Below are positions 1 through 7,868 of a stretch of 13,868 bases of DNA, piece after piece (the first letter of the stretch is position 1; each line of letters starts with the position of its first letter). The translations under genes were made by a program, and so were the position numbers. Below the pieces are notes generated by a model. That model worked only from the letters and a program-made list of their open reading frames with translations, searched no databases and was not told where the DNA came from. The stretch is taken from the NCBI GenBank assembly GCA_031422435.1, contig JANPLU010000127.1:1-13868 (forward strand), written 5' to 3'. This stretch comes from Acaryochloridaceae cyanobacterium VAR_48_metabat_390 (GTDB lineage: Bacteria; Cyanobacteriota; Cyanobacteriia; Thermosynechococcales; Thermosynechococcaceae).

Positions 1-599
1 AAGGGGTTTTCGGCTTTAGCAAGCGCCGCCGCCGCCAAATCTAGGCTATGGAAAGAGGCGAAAACTTTATCTAAATCATTTTTGTGGAGCGGATGCCCCT
101 GGGCAGGCATTGCCGCCACGTTTTCGGGTACGTCAATATGGACGGCACCTGGTTTTTCGGTTTGGGCAACCTTGAAGGCTTTGCGGACAATTTCGGCGGT
201 GCTGTTGGGCTGGACAATTTGTCTGCTCCACTGGGTGACGGGGGCAAACATTGCCACCAGGTCGAGATACTGATGAGATTCAATGTGCATCCGGTCAGTG
301 CTGACCTGCCCCGTAATGGCGACGAGGGGCGCGCCATCTAGGTTGGCATCTGCAACCCCCGTCATGAGGTTTGTGGCACCAGGGCCAAGGGTAGAGAGAC
401 AGACACCCGCCTGCCCCGTCAGCCTGCCGTACACATCTGCCATAAAGGCCGCGCCCTGCTCATGACGACAGGTGACAAATTCAATAGAAGAGTCTTTGAG
501 TGCTTCTAAAATGTGCAGGTTTTCTTCGCCTGGGAGGCCAAAGATATATTTAACGCCTTCATTTTCGAGACACTGGACTAGCAGTTCTGCGGTATTCAT
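1..599 (-). CDS. ogdA: ThDP-dependent enzyme of the acetolactate synthase large-subunit family, probably 2-oxoglutarate decarboxylase (5' part only; runs off the window)
   Basis: Absent from the ORF track. Manual translation from ATG at 599 gives MNTAELLVQCLENEGVKYIFGLPGEENLHILEALKDSSIEFVTCRHEQGAAFMADVYGRLTGQAGVCLSTLGPGATNLMTGVADANLDGAPLVAITGQV..., open to the window edge, with the FGLPG, RHEQGAAFMA and GPGATN motifs of the ThDP N-terminal domain. The OgdA call is inferred from its position 7 bp downstream of the SSADH gene. Confidence 0.85.
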   Translation of the reverse strand, partial: MNTAELLVQCLENEGVKYIFGLPGEENLHILEALKDSSIEFVTCRHEQGAAFMADVYGRLTGQAGVCLSTLGPGATNLMTGVADANLDGAPLVAITGQVSTDRMHIESHQYLDLVAMFAPVTQWSRQIVQPNSTAEIVRKAFKVAQTEKPGAVHIDVPENVAAMPAQGHPLHKNDLDKVFASFHSLDLAAAALAKAENP

Positions 600-606
600 A
601 AACCCC

Positions 607-1983
607 TCACTTCACCCAAATGGTTTTAACGTTGACGAATTCTAAAATGCCGGGTCGTCCTAGTTCTCGACCATAGCCTGAATGCTTGATGCCCCCAAAG
701 GGCAGGCGCGGGTCAGATTTAACCATGCCGTTGATAAAGACCGAACCTGCTTCGAGTTCACAAATGAACCGCTGGCTTTCTTTCGGGTCATTCGTCCAGG
801 CACTAGCACCCAGACCAAAGGGCGAATCGTTGGCAAGGGCGATCGCCGCATCCAAATCGGGCACGGTAAACAGCAGCGCTACGGGGCCAAAAAACTCTTC
901 TCGATACATGGGGCAGGTTGGGGGGATATTTTTGAGAATCGTCGGTTCGTAAAAATACCCGTCTGGAAATTCATCGCCGTAGTTCCCGCCTGTAAGAAGT
1001 TCACCACCCCCTGCGATCGCCGCCTGCACCTGCCCATGAAGCTGATCTCGAATGACTAAGGTTGCCAGGGGGCCAAGCTCTATCGAGGCTTCTATGGGAT
1101 CGCCCATCTTGAGGGCGCGAAATGCCTGCACAAATTTTTCAGTAAAGGCATCCGCCACTGCGTCTAGCACAATAAATCGCTTTGCCGCAATGCAAGACTG
1201 ACCGTTGTTGAGCATTCGGGCTTTGACGGCAACGGTAACGGCCTCATCTAAATCGGCGCTAGTCGCCACAATAAACGGATCGCTACCGCCTAGCTCCAGC
1301 ACCGTTTTTTTGAGGCATTCCCCTGCAATTTTGGCGAGGCTGGCTCCAGCGGGTTCGCTTCCCGTCAGGGTGGCGGCTTTAACATGGGGCGATCGCACGA
1401 CAGCCTCAACTTGAGCCGCACCAATGAGCAGGGTTTGAAATGCGCCCGTTGGGAACCCTGCCTGAGTGAGGATTTGCTCAATGGCGATCGCACACTGGGG
1501 CACATTAGACGCGTGCTTGAGCAAGGCCACATTCCCCGCCATCAGCGCCGGAGCGGCAAACCGAAACACCTGCCAAAACGGAAAATTCCAGGGCATAACC
1601 GCCAAGATTACGCCCAGGGGCTGATACTTCACCCACGAAAGGCTGGCATCGCTAGGCGCAGGCTCATCGGCAAGAAACGTCACGGCGTGTTCGGCGTAGT
1701 AGTCGCAGACGAGGGCGCACTTTTGGATTTCGGCGATCGCCTGGGTGATCGGCTTACCCATTTCTAGGGTCATTAGCTGCGCCAATGCCTGGGACTGCTG
1801 TTCATCGCGCAGGAGCACCGCCGCACTGTTTAACCAGTGGCTGCGCTGGGCAAAGGAAGTGCGCCGATAGCTTTGAAACGTCTGCTCTGCCAGAGCAATT
1901 TTGGTTTGCACCGCTTCATCTGTCAAAGCTTCAAACGATTTGAATAACTGACCTGTGGCAGGATTAACACTGGCAATACCCAT
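607..1983 (-). CDS. gabD: Succinate-semialdehyde dehydrogenase, NAD(P)+-dependent (aldehyde dehydrogenase family)
   Basis: 458 aa with VMPWNFPFWQ, LKHASNVP, TLTGSEPAG, catalytic Glu in LELGGSDP, catalytic Cys in NNGQSCIAAKRF, EEFFGPV and PFGGIKHSGYGRE. Confidence 0.92.
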   Translation of the reverse strand: MGIASVNPATGQLFKSFEALTDEAVQTKIALAEQTFQSYRRTSFAQRSHWLNSAAVLLRDEQQSQALAQLMTLEMGKPITQAIAEIQKCALVCDYYAEHAVTFLADEPAPSDASLSWVKYQPLGVILAVMPWNFPFWQVFRFAAPALMAGNVALLKHASNVPQCAIAIEQILTQAGFPTGAFQTLLIGAAQVEAVVRSPHVKAATLTGSEPAGASLAKIAGECLKKTVLELGGSDPFIVATSADLDEAVTVAVKARMLNNGQSCIAAKRFIVLDAVADAFTEKFVQAFRALKMGDPIEASIELGPLATLVIRDQLHGQVQAAIAGGGELLTGGNYGDEFPDGYFYEPTILKNIPPTCPMYREEFFGPVALLFTVPDLDAAIALANDSPFGLGASAWTNDPKESQRFICELEAGSVFINGMVKSDPRLPFGGIKHSGYGRELGRPGILEFVNVKTIWVK

Positions 1984-2201
1984 CTTGGCACCTCGCTAGG
2001 CAAGGAAAAAAGCTGCTTTCTGAACCGATCATGGCAAATTCAGCGGTCTATACCGCTTTGCATTGCAGAAACATGATGAAAAGTTACATATAGAGAAATT
2101 ACAATTGGTAGAACAACAGCGATAGAATAGCTGAGAGAAATCGGTTCAGCCTTTCTCTGCCTTGATTCAAACCAACCGCAGCATCCCCTGAGAGAGCGAT
2201 T
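1984..2201. promoter_or_regulatory. Divergent promoter region between gabD-ogdA and ndhN-ldpA
   Basis: 218-bp AT-richer gap between divergent starts. Candidate -10 TAGAAT at 2123-2128 (+) and small inverted repeat AGCGGT-N4-ACCGCT at 2042-2057. Start sites cannot be determined from sequence. Confidence 0.5.
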
Positions 2202-2657
2202 ATGGCCCTATTTGTCACTGGCAAAAAATTCATCCGTGAAGTGGAAACAGCGGGCGCAGTTGGCGTTTACGTTCCTTTAGAGGGTGGCTTTGAAGGTCGC
2301 TACAAGCGCCGGATTCGCGCCGCAGGCTACGCGACGATGTTTGTTTCAGCCCCAGGACTAGGTGATTTAGCTTCTTACATGACGGGCGTTCACGGTGTGC
2401 GGCCTCCCCACGTAGGTAAAAATGCAATACGAACCTACTTTTTGCCGCCGTTTGTGAGCTATCACCTTGAGAACTTGCCGCCGAAGGTGAAGGGCTTAGT
2501 GCTGTGGCTGTACGACGGGCAGCGTCTCTCTCAAGAAGAACTAGGGTATCTCACGAGCCTGACTCAAGCCGAACCCCGCCTCAAGATTGTGATTGAGTTA
2601 GGGGGAGCTAGAGACTTTATGTGGAAGCCTCTCACCTCAGTTTTAGCCGCTGCTTAG
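2202..2657 (+). CDS. ndhN: NAD(P)H-quinone oxidoreductase (NDH-1) subunit N
   Basis: 151 aa with the characteristic YVPLEGGFEGRYKRRIRAAGY, GLGDL, HGVRPPHVGK and IVIELGGAR segments. Confidence 0.95.
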   Translation: MALFVTGKKFIREVETAGAVGVYVPLEGGFEGRYKRRIRAAGYATMFVSAPGLGDLASYMTGVHGVRPPHVGKNAIRTYFLPPFVSYHLENLPPKVKGLVLWLYDGQRLSQEELGYLTSLTQAEPRLKIVIELGGARDFMWKPLTSVLAAA

Positions 2658-2677
2658 TTTTAGCATTTTCAATATTT

Positions 2678-3745
2678 GTGTCCTCTCTCTCTTCTCCCTT
2701 AGACGCGCTCCAAAATGGACATTGGTTTAAGCTCATCTGTGGGGCTAGCTTTCAGCATTTACCCGCGATTCGGACGTTGGCGCTGATATATACCCTTGCT
2801 GGAGCTGACTGCATTGATGTAGCGGCAGATCCTGCTGTGGTTCATGCCGCTCGTTCTGGCATTGAGTCCGCACAGAATTTACTCAAGGCCAACGAGTCAA
2901 AGTCTGCTTCTCAGGTTTGGCTGATGGTGAGCCTGAATGATGGGGAAGATCCGCATTTTCGCAAGGCCGTCTTTGATCCGCAGCAGTGCCCAACCGACTG
3001 CCCTCAGCCCTGTGTTTCAATTTGTCCGGCAGAGGCGATCGCATTTTCTCCCCTCCAATCCGGCATCATCGAAGACCGATGCTACGGCTGTGGACGGTGC
3101 CTGCCCATGTGTCCGGTGGGGCACATTGAAACGCGATCGCAGCCTGCAACAACCGCCGCTATTGCGCCGCTGGTGAGTGCAGGATTGGTACAGGCACTAG
3201 AGCTACATACGCAGGTGGGTCACGAGGCTGAATTCCAACATCTGTGGCAGCAGGTTCAGCCGATGCTCCCGCAATTAAAGGTGCTGTCGGTAAGCTGCCC
3301 TGACGAAGAAGGAGTGTTGGAGTATCTGAGTGTTTTATATGACCTCATGCAGCCGCTCCCCTGCCCGCTCATTTGGCAAACCGATGGTCGCCCGATGAGT
3401 GGCGATATTGGGGATGGCGCTACACGAGCAACGATTAAGTATGGAGAACGGGTGCTGCGATCGCAGCTTCCTGGGTTTGTGCAGTTAGCAGGCGGCACCA
3501 ATCGCCACACGGTGCCAAAACTTAAAGCGCTTGGGCTGCTGCTCAATCACGCCCCCGCCAAAAACCCTCCACTGGAATACATTTCAGGCGTTGCTTACGG
3601 CAGCTATGCCCGAAGCTTGGTGATGGAAATGCAAACACAGCTTGAAGCGCAACCGCAGTCTACCTATCGGATTGAGAATTACCCAACGCTGCTCTGGGCT
3701 GGGGTAGATTTTGTAGCTCGATTGATTTCACCACTAAAGTGCTAA
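2678..3745 (+). CDS. ldpA: Circadian clock-associated iron-sulfur protein LdpA (light-dependent period)
   Basis: WFKLICGASFQHLP, AGADCIDVAADPAV and GEDPHFRKA; two 4Fe-4S motifs (CPTDCPQPCVSICP, CYGCGRCLPMCP); WQTDGRPMSGDIG and QLAGGTN. GTG at 2678 preferred over ATG at 2621, which lies inside ndhN. Confidence 0.93.
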   Translation: MSSLSSPLDALQNGHWFKLICGASFQHLPAIRTLALIYTLAGADCIDVAADPAVVHAARSGIESAQNLLKANESKSASQVWLMVSLNDGEDPHFRKAVFDPQQCPTDCPQPCVSICPAEAIAFSPLQSGIIEDRCYGCGRCLPMCPVGHIETRSQPATTAAIAPLVSAGLVQALELHTQVGHEAEFQHLWQQVQPMLPQLKVLSVSCPDEEGVLEYLSVLYDLMQPLPCPLIWQTDGRPMSGDIGDGATRATIKYGERVLRSQLPGFVQLAGGTNRHTVPKLKALGLLLNHAPAKNPPLEYISGVAYGSYARSLVMEMQTQLEAQPQSTYRIENYPTLLWAGVDFVARLISPLKC

Positions 3746-3786
3746 ACTTAGTGAGTAGCCGAGCTTCCAAGTTGGGTTACAGCAGC

Positions 3787-3857
3787 GCGGGTGTTGTGTA
3801 GTGGTAAGACCTTAGCCTTCCAAGCTAATGATAGGGGTTCGATTCCCCTCACCCGCT
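3787..3857 (+). tRNA. trnG: tRNA-Gly (anticodon TCC)
   Basis: Acceptor stem GCGGGTG/CACCCGC, anticodon arm TTAGC-CT-TCC-AA-GCTAA (anticodon 3819-3821), T arm AGGGG-TTCGATT-CCCCT, discriminator T3857; CCA not encoded. Confidence 0.96.
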
Positions 3858-3873
3858 TATTCAGTAGAACCAG

Positions 3874-4065
3874 TCAATTGACGTTATGTCCTGTTTGACT
3901 TAAAAAGAACTCTCTTTCTATTAGCTCAAAGACTTCATCAATAAAGCCTTCAGGGCCAGCCACGCGATCAACTTCTTAAAGGCCAGAGTCTAGCTTCGCC
4001 GTTCGTTGTTCTAAAGCTGCGAAACGGCGGTGGATAGATGGGGAGTTTTAATCAGCATTACTCAT
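3874..4065 (-). pseudogene. Possible decayed small hypothetical protein gene
   Basis: One frame from ATG 4065 to TGA 3874 reads MSNAD*NSPSIHRRFAALEQRTAKLDSGL*EVDRVAGPEGFIDEVFELIEREFFLSQTGHNVN*, with in-frame TAA codons at 4048-4050 and 3976-3978. The amphipathic, protein-like composition is a by-eye judgement. Confidence 0.4.
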
Positions 4066-4331
4066 GTCTTGACTTTGCATCAATGCTGAGTGTTTGGGTT
4101 GACCGTTATGGGAGCTTTTGGTCAAAGCGTCGATTAATTCTTGAATTTAAGCCCCAATTCATAGTCAGATAGGAGAAATCTTTGTCAGAATGTGTGCAGC
4201 ACTTATAGGGTATGGGGGATCAACCACAATGCAGCACCAGAAAATCCCCAAAATTTGGGGTTGACTAAAGTAGATTCACAATCAGCATTTAAAAAATCCA
4301 TAAAATCGGTCATACCGATCCTCACAACACC

Positions 4332-6098
4332 ATGGTTGAAAAAGCAGCAGCACCTGGGGAAAGACAAATCATTACCGACGATTTAGAAAAACTGCTCTAC
4401 ATTCTGCCACCCGACTTACGCGATCGCCTCCAAAACCATCCCCAAAAAGACACCCTTATTGAGGTTGTGCTAGACCTAGGCCGTGAACCTGAAGCGCGTT
4501 TTCCCCAAACCGCAGAGCGATTGTCTACTACCGTCGTCACTCGCGAAGAACTCGACTATTGCATTAGCCAAGTGGGTCACTTCAGCGGCGATAACCGTGC
4601 AGGCATTGAGCGTACCCTCCACCGCATCAGCGCCATGCGCAACCGCCAAGACACCATTATTGGGCTAACTTGCCGAGTAGGACGTGCCGTGTTTGGCACT
4701 ACCCTCATGATCCGTGACCTTATCGAAAGCGGACGCTCAATTTTGCTGTTGGGTCGCCCTGGTGTGGGCAAAACCACCGCCCTACGGGAAATTGCCCGCG
4801 TTCTTGCCGATGACCTCAATAAGCGCGTGGTCATTATTGACACCTCCAACGAAATTGCAGGGGATGGCGATGTGCCCCACCCTGCGATCGGTCGTGCCCG
4901 ACGGATGCAGGTTGCGCGACCGGAACTCCAGCACCAAGTCATGATTGAGGCCGTGGAAAACCACATGCCAGAAGTGATTGTGATTGATGAAATTGGGACG
5001 GAACTAGAGGCGATCGCCGCCCGTACCATTGCCGAACGCGGTGTGCAGCTCATCGGCACCGCCCACGGCAACCACATCGACAACCTCATGAAAAATCCGA
5101 CGCTTTCGGATTTGATTGGCGGCATCCAGTCCGTCACCTTGGGCGATGATGAGGCAAGACGGCGGGGTACCCAAAAAAGTATCTTGGAGCGCAAGGCCCC
5201 GCCGACCTTTGAAATTGCGATCGAAATGCTAGAGCGCCAGCGCTGGAATATTCATGAAGACGTAGCAATTTCCGTTGATACCCTCCTACGCGGACGCGTG
5301 CCCGTCCCCCAAGAGCGCACCGTAGATGAGCAGGGCGACGTTAAAATTACCCACCCGCCGCAAGCGCAGCCCTCAACCCCTAGCGCAGCCTCAGAACTCG
5401 ATGCGCTGCGACTCGCAAAAACCGGATGGGGCGGCGCAGGCCGGATTCAGCCTTTGCCCCTGCCTTCTCTGGCCTTAGATGCGCCAGGGTCTAACGTGCG
5501 GGAATTTCAAGCGCTCTTAGATAACTCATTTCGGCAGCCGCCATCCGATGAGCTGAGTCAAGACTTTGAGCGCAAACAAGGTCCCAATGGAGAAGACCTG
5601 CCCCTCCATGTCTATCCCTATGCGGTGAGCCGATCACAGCTTGATCAGGTCATTCAAACCCTGCGGTTGCCCGTGGTGCTGACCAAAGATATTGACCATG
5701 CGGATGTCGTGTTTGCATTGCGATCGCATGTCAAAAGCCATGCCAAACTGAAGCAGGTTGCTCGTATTAAGCAGGTGCCCATTATCAGCATTAAGTCCAA
5801 TTCCATTCCGCAAATTGCCAGAGGTTTACGGCGACTGCTGAATATGGATGACCCCGATGCTGAAGTGCTAGACATCAACATGTTTTCGACGGGTCGCAAC
5901 GACGACGAAATGGAAGCACTTGAAGAGGCACGATTGGCCGTTGAGCAAATTGTGATTCCTAAAGGCCAGCCTGTAGAATTGCTGCCGCGCCCTGCCCTCG
6001 TCCGTAAAATGCAGCATGAGCTGATCGAACACTATCGACTTCATTCTCAAAGCTTTGGCGAAGAACCCAACCGTCGGCTGCGTATTTATCCAGCTTAA
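4332..6098 (+). CDS. ycf45: Ycf45/SpoIIIAA-like AAA ATPase with C-terminal R3H single-stranded nucleic-acid-binding domain
   Basis: 588 aa; EVVLDLGR, DNRAGIERTLHRISAMRNR, Walker A GRPGVGKT, IDTSNEIAGDGD, Walker B VIVIDEIG, GTAHGN; C-terminal RKMQH (RxxxH) and SFGEEPNRRLRIYP. Confidence 0.9.
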   Translation: MVEKAAAPGERQIITDDLEKLLYILPPDLRDRLQNHPQKDTLIEVVLDLGREPEARFPQTAERLSTTVVTREELDYCISQVGHFSGDNRAGIERTLHRISAMRNRQDTIIGLTCRVGRAVFGTTLMIRDLIESGRSILLLGRPGVGKTTALREIARVLADDLNKRVVIIDTSNEIAGDGDVPHPAIGRARRMQVARPELQHQVMIEAVENHMPEVIVIDEIGTELEAIAARTIAERGVQLIGTAHGNHIDNLMKNPTLSDLIGGIQSVTLGDDEARRRGTQKSILERKAPPTFEIAIEMLERQRWNIHEDVAISVDTLLRGRVPVPQERTVDEQGDVKITHPPQAQPSTPSAASELDALRLAKTGWGGAGRIQPLPLPSLALDAPGSNVREFQALLDNSFRQPPSDELSQDFERKQGPNGEDLPLHVYPYAVSRSQLDQVIQTLRLPVVLTKDIDHADVVFALRSHVKSHAKLKQVARIKQVPIISIKSNSIPQIARGLRRLLNMDDPDAEVLDINMFSTGRNDDEMEALEEARLAVEQIVIPKGQPVELLPRPALVRKMQHELIEHYRLHSQSFGEEPNRRLRIYPA

Positions 6099-6166
6099 AA
6101 ATTTAATCTTTTGTTTAACTTGTGGTTAGATTAAGCCAAGAGATTTTACCTGCATGGAAATCGTTT

Positions 6167-6655
6167 ATGGATGTTCAGCAGCTTCAGCAGAGATACACTC
6201 ATGGTGAACGTCTTTTTATAAAAGCAAGCTTAGTCAATACCGATTTAAGCTTGCTCGACCTAAGCTACATCAACCTAAGTGGTTCAGATCTTAGCAATGC
6301 TGCGCTCCATGGCGTTACCTTTATTCGTGCAAATCTTACCCGCGTCAACTTCACCAAAGCAAAACTGATTGGTGCAGACCTCAGCGGTGCGGATTTGAGT
6401 TTCGCTAATTTAAGTTATGCGCTGCTTAGCTCGGTTGACCTAGCCGGTGCGTCTTTGTGTGGCGCAAGTCTAGAAAGCGCCACCCTAAGTTACTCTAATC
6501 TCAGAGGTGCGAATCTAAAAAATGCAAACCTCTTCAAAGCAAACCTGAAAGGTGCAGACCTTAGAGGCGCAGACCTGATGGGTGCTAATTTTAGACAAGC
6601 AGATTTAAGAGACGCTATTTTAGAAGACCCTGCTGATGCACAAAGGCTTCTTTAG
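6167..6655 (+). CDS. Pentapeptide repeat protein
   Basis: Tandem A(D/N)LXX repeats (ADLSG ADLSF ANLSY ... ANLKG ADLRG ADLMG ANFRQ ADLRD) after a typical leader MDVQQLQQRYTHGERLF. ATG 6167 preferred over GTG 6122. Confidence 0.92.
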   Translation: MDVQQLQQRYTHGERLFIKASLVNTDLSLLDLSYINLSGSDLSNAALHGVTFIRANLTRVNFTKAKLIGADLSGADLSFANLSYALLSSVDLAGASLCGASLESATLSYSNLRGANLKNANLFKANLKGADLRGADLMGANFRQADLRDAILEDPADAQRLL

Positions 6656-7116
6656 CTGACAATTTTAACGCGCATCAGCGGTTGACCAAACTCAATGGGC
6701 TTACCGTTTTCGACCAAGATTTCCATTACCTCGCCACTGACTTCAGCTTCTAGCTCATTCATGAGCTTCATGGCTTCAATGATGCAGATGGCTTGACCCT
6801 TACGCATGACATCTCCTACTTCAATAAAAGGAGGCTCATCTGGGCCTGAAGCTCTATAAAAAGTGCCCACCATGGGAGATGTCACTTCAATCCAGTTTTT
6901 ATCAACTACTCCAGGTGCAGCAGCGGATGAAACCAGGCTAACGGGTTCAGCCGCTGCTGGGATGGGTGCGGCAACTGCAATGGGGGCTGCCGCTGAAGAA
7001 GAACTGCCCTTGCGAATCGTTAATTCAAAATCGCTGCTTTTAAGGCATAGCTCTTCTACATCCGTTTGGTTAAGGATGGCTAGCAGCTCACGAACCTGGT
7101 TCAGATCAAATTCCAC
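6652..7116 (-). CDS. accB: Acetyl-CoA carboxylase biotin carboxyl carrier protein
   Basis: SPMVGTFYR, biotinylation motif IEAMKLMNE, Ala/Pro-rich linker; GTG start 15 bp after the efp stop. Confidence 0.97.
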   Translation of the reverse strand: MEFDLNQVRELLAILNQTDVEELCLKSSDFELTIRKGSSSSAAAPIAVAAPIPAAAEPVSLVSSAAAPGVVDKNWIEVTSPMVGTFYRASGPDEPPFIEVGDVMRKGQAICIIEAMKLMNELEAEVSGEVMEILVENGKPIEFGQPLMRVKIVS

Positions 7117-7131
7117 AGTTACCTTCCTTAC

Positions 7132-7698
7132 TTACGACCCTGATTCACGTCCTAAATAGGAATCGCTGCGAGTATCAATCTTAATGCGCTCTCCAATAGT
7201 GATGAAGAGAGGAACCATCACCTGGGCACCCGTCTCTACAATGGCGGGTTTGGTGCCGCCTGTGGCAGTGTCGCCCTTAAGACCTGGGTCGGTTTCGATA
7301 ATCTCTAGCACGACGGAGTTGGGCAGCTCTACTTCTAAAATTTGCTCGCCCCAACGCACCACATTGACTTCCATACCTTCTTTAAGGTACTTGACGCGAT
7401 CGCCAATTTGAGCTTTGGTCAGGTTGGATTCTTCATAGGTGTCCATGTCCATAAAGACGTACTGCTCACCTTCTTTGTAGGTGTGCTGCATTACGCTTTT
7501 CTCGAGATTCGCCTGGGGCAGTGATTCCCCAGCGCGGAACGTGCGCTCAATCACGCTGCCGGACTGGGCATTTTTGAGTTTGGTGCGGACAAAGGCCGCT
7601 CCTTTACCAGGTTTAACGTGGAGAAATTCCACCACCCGCCAAACTGCACCATCTAACTCAATACTTACGCCGGATCGAAAGTCATTACTTGAAATCAT
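7132..7698 (-). CDS. efp: Translation elongation factor P
   Basis: Starts [10 protein letters not shown] at ATG 7698; [38 protein letters not shown] and VPLFI motifs; efp-accB order is usual in cyanobacteria. Confidence 0.98.
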   Translation of the reverse strand: MISSNDFRSGVSIELDGAVWRVVEFLHVKPGKGAAFVRTKLKNAQSGSVIERTFRAGESLPQANLEKSVMQHTYKEGEQYVFMDMDTYEESNLTKAQIGDRVKYLKEGMEVNVVRWGEQILEVELPNSVVLEIIETDPGLKGDTATGGTKPAIVETGAQVMVPLFITIGERIKIDTRSDSYLGRESGS

Positions 7699-7868
7699 GA
7701 AGCTACTGCTTGGCAAGAACAATCGGCATCTCATTTTACCGTTCTTGGGTCGCTCTCGCACTGGCGGTAAGATTCAAATTTTTGGAGCAGGGTTTGAAAA
7801 ATGGAGTGGCCTATGGGATATTTCCGCCAAACGCGCTAAAGTCTCAACCAAGAGCGTTCATCTGCACT

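Noticed and set aside
71..465. Short ORFs 71..337, 82..273, 84..341 and 283..465
   Set aside because: Alternative-frame or antisense shadows of the ThDP enzyme gene at 1..599 (-).
1984..2201. Canonical NtcA (GTA-N8-TAC) or HLR1 box
   Set aside because: No exact match seen; the TTACA half-sites have a 15-bp rather than 10-bp period.
4192..4386. 64-aa GTG-start ORF overlapping the ycf45 start
   Set aside because: No recognisable motif and it spans the likely promoter; cannot be supported.
4577..5194. 205-aa minus-strand ORF
   Set aside because: Antisense shadow of the conserved ATPase core of ycf45; no recognisable motifs.
6230..6620. Short DNA repeats such as GGTGCAGACCT as a possible CRISPR or tandem array
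   Set aside because: They are coding repeats of the pentapeptide protein, with no repeat-spacer structure.
7699..7868. N-terminal extensions of efp (to 7761) and of the FHA fusion (from TTG 7710)
   Set aside because: They would overlap head to head; homology-like sequence begins at ATG 7698 and ATG 7869, leaving a normal divergent gap.
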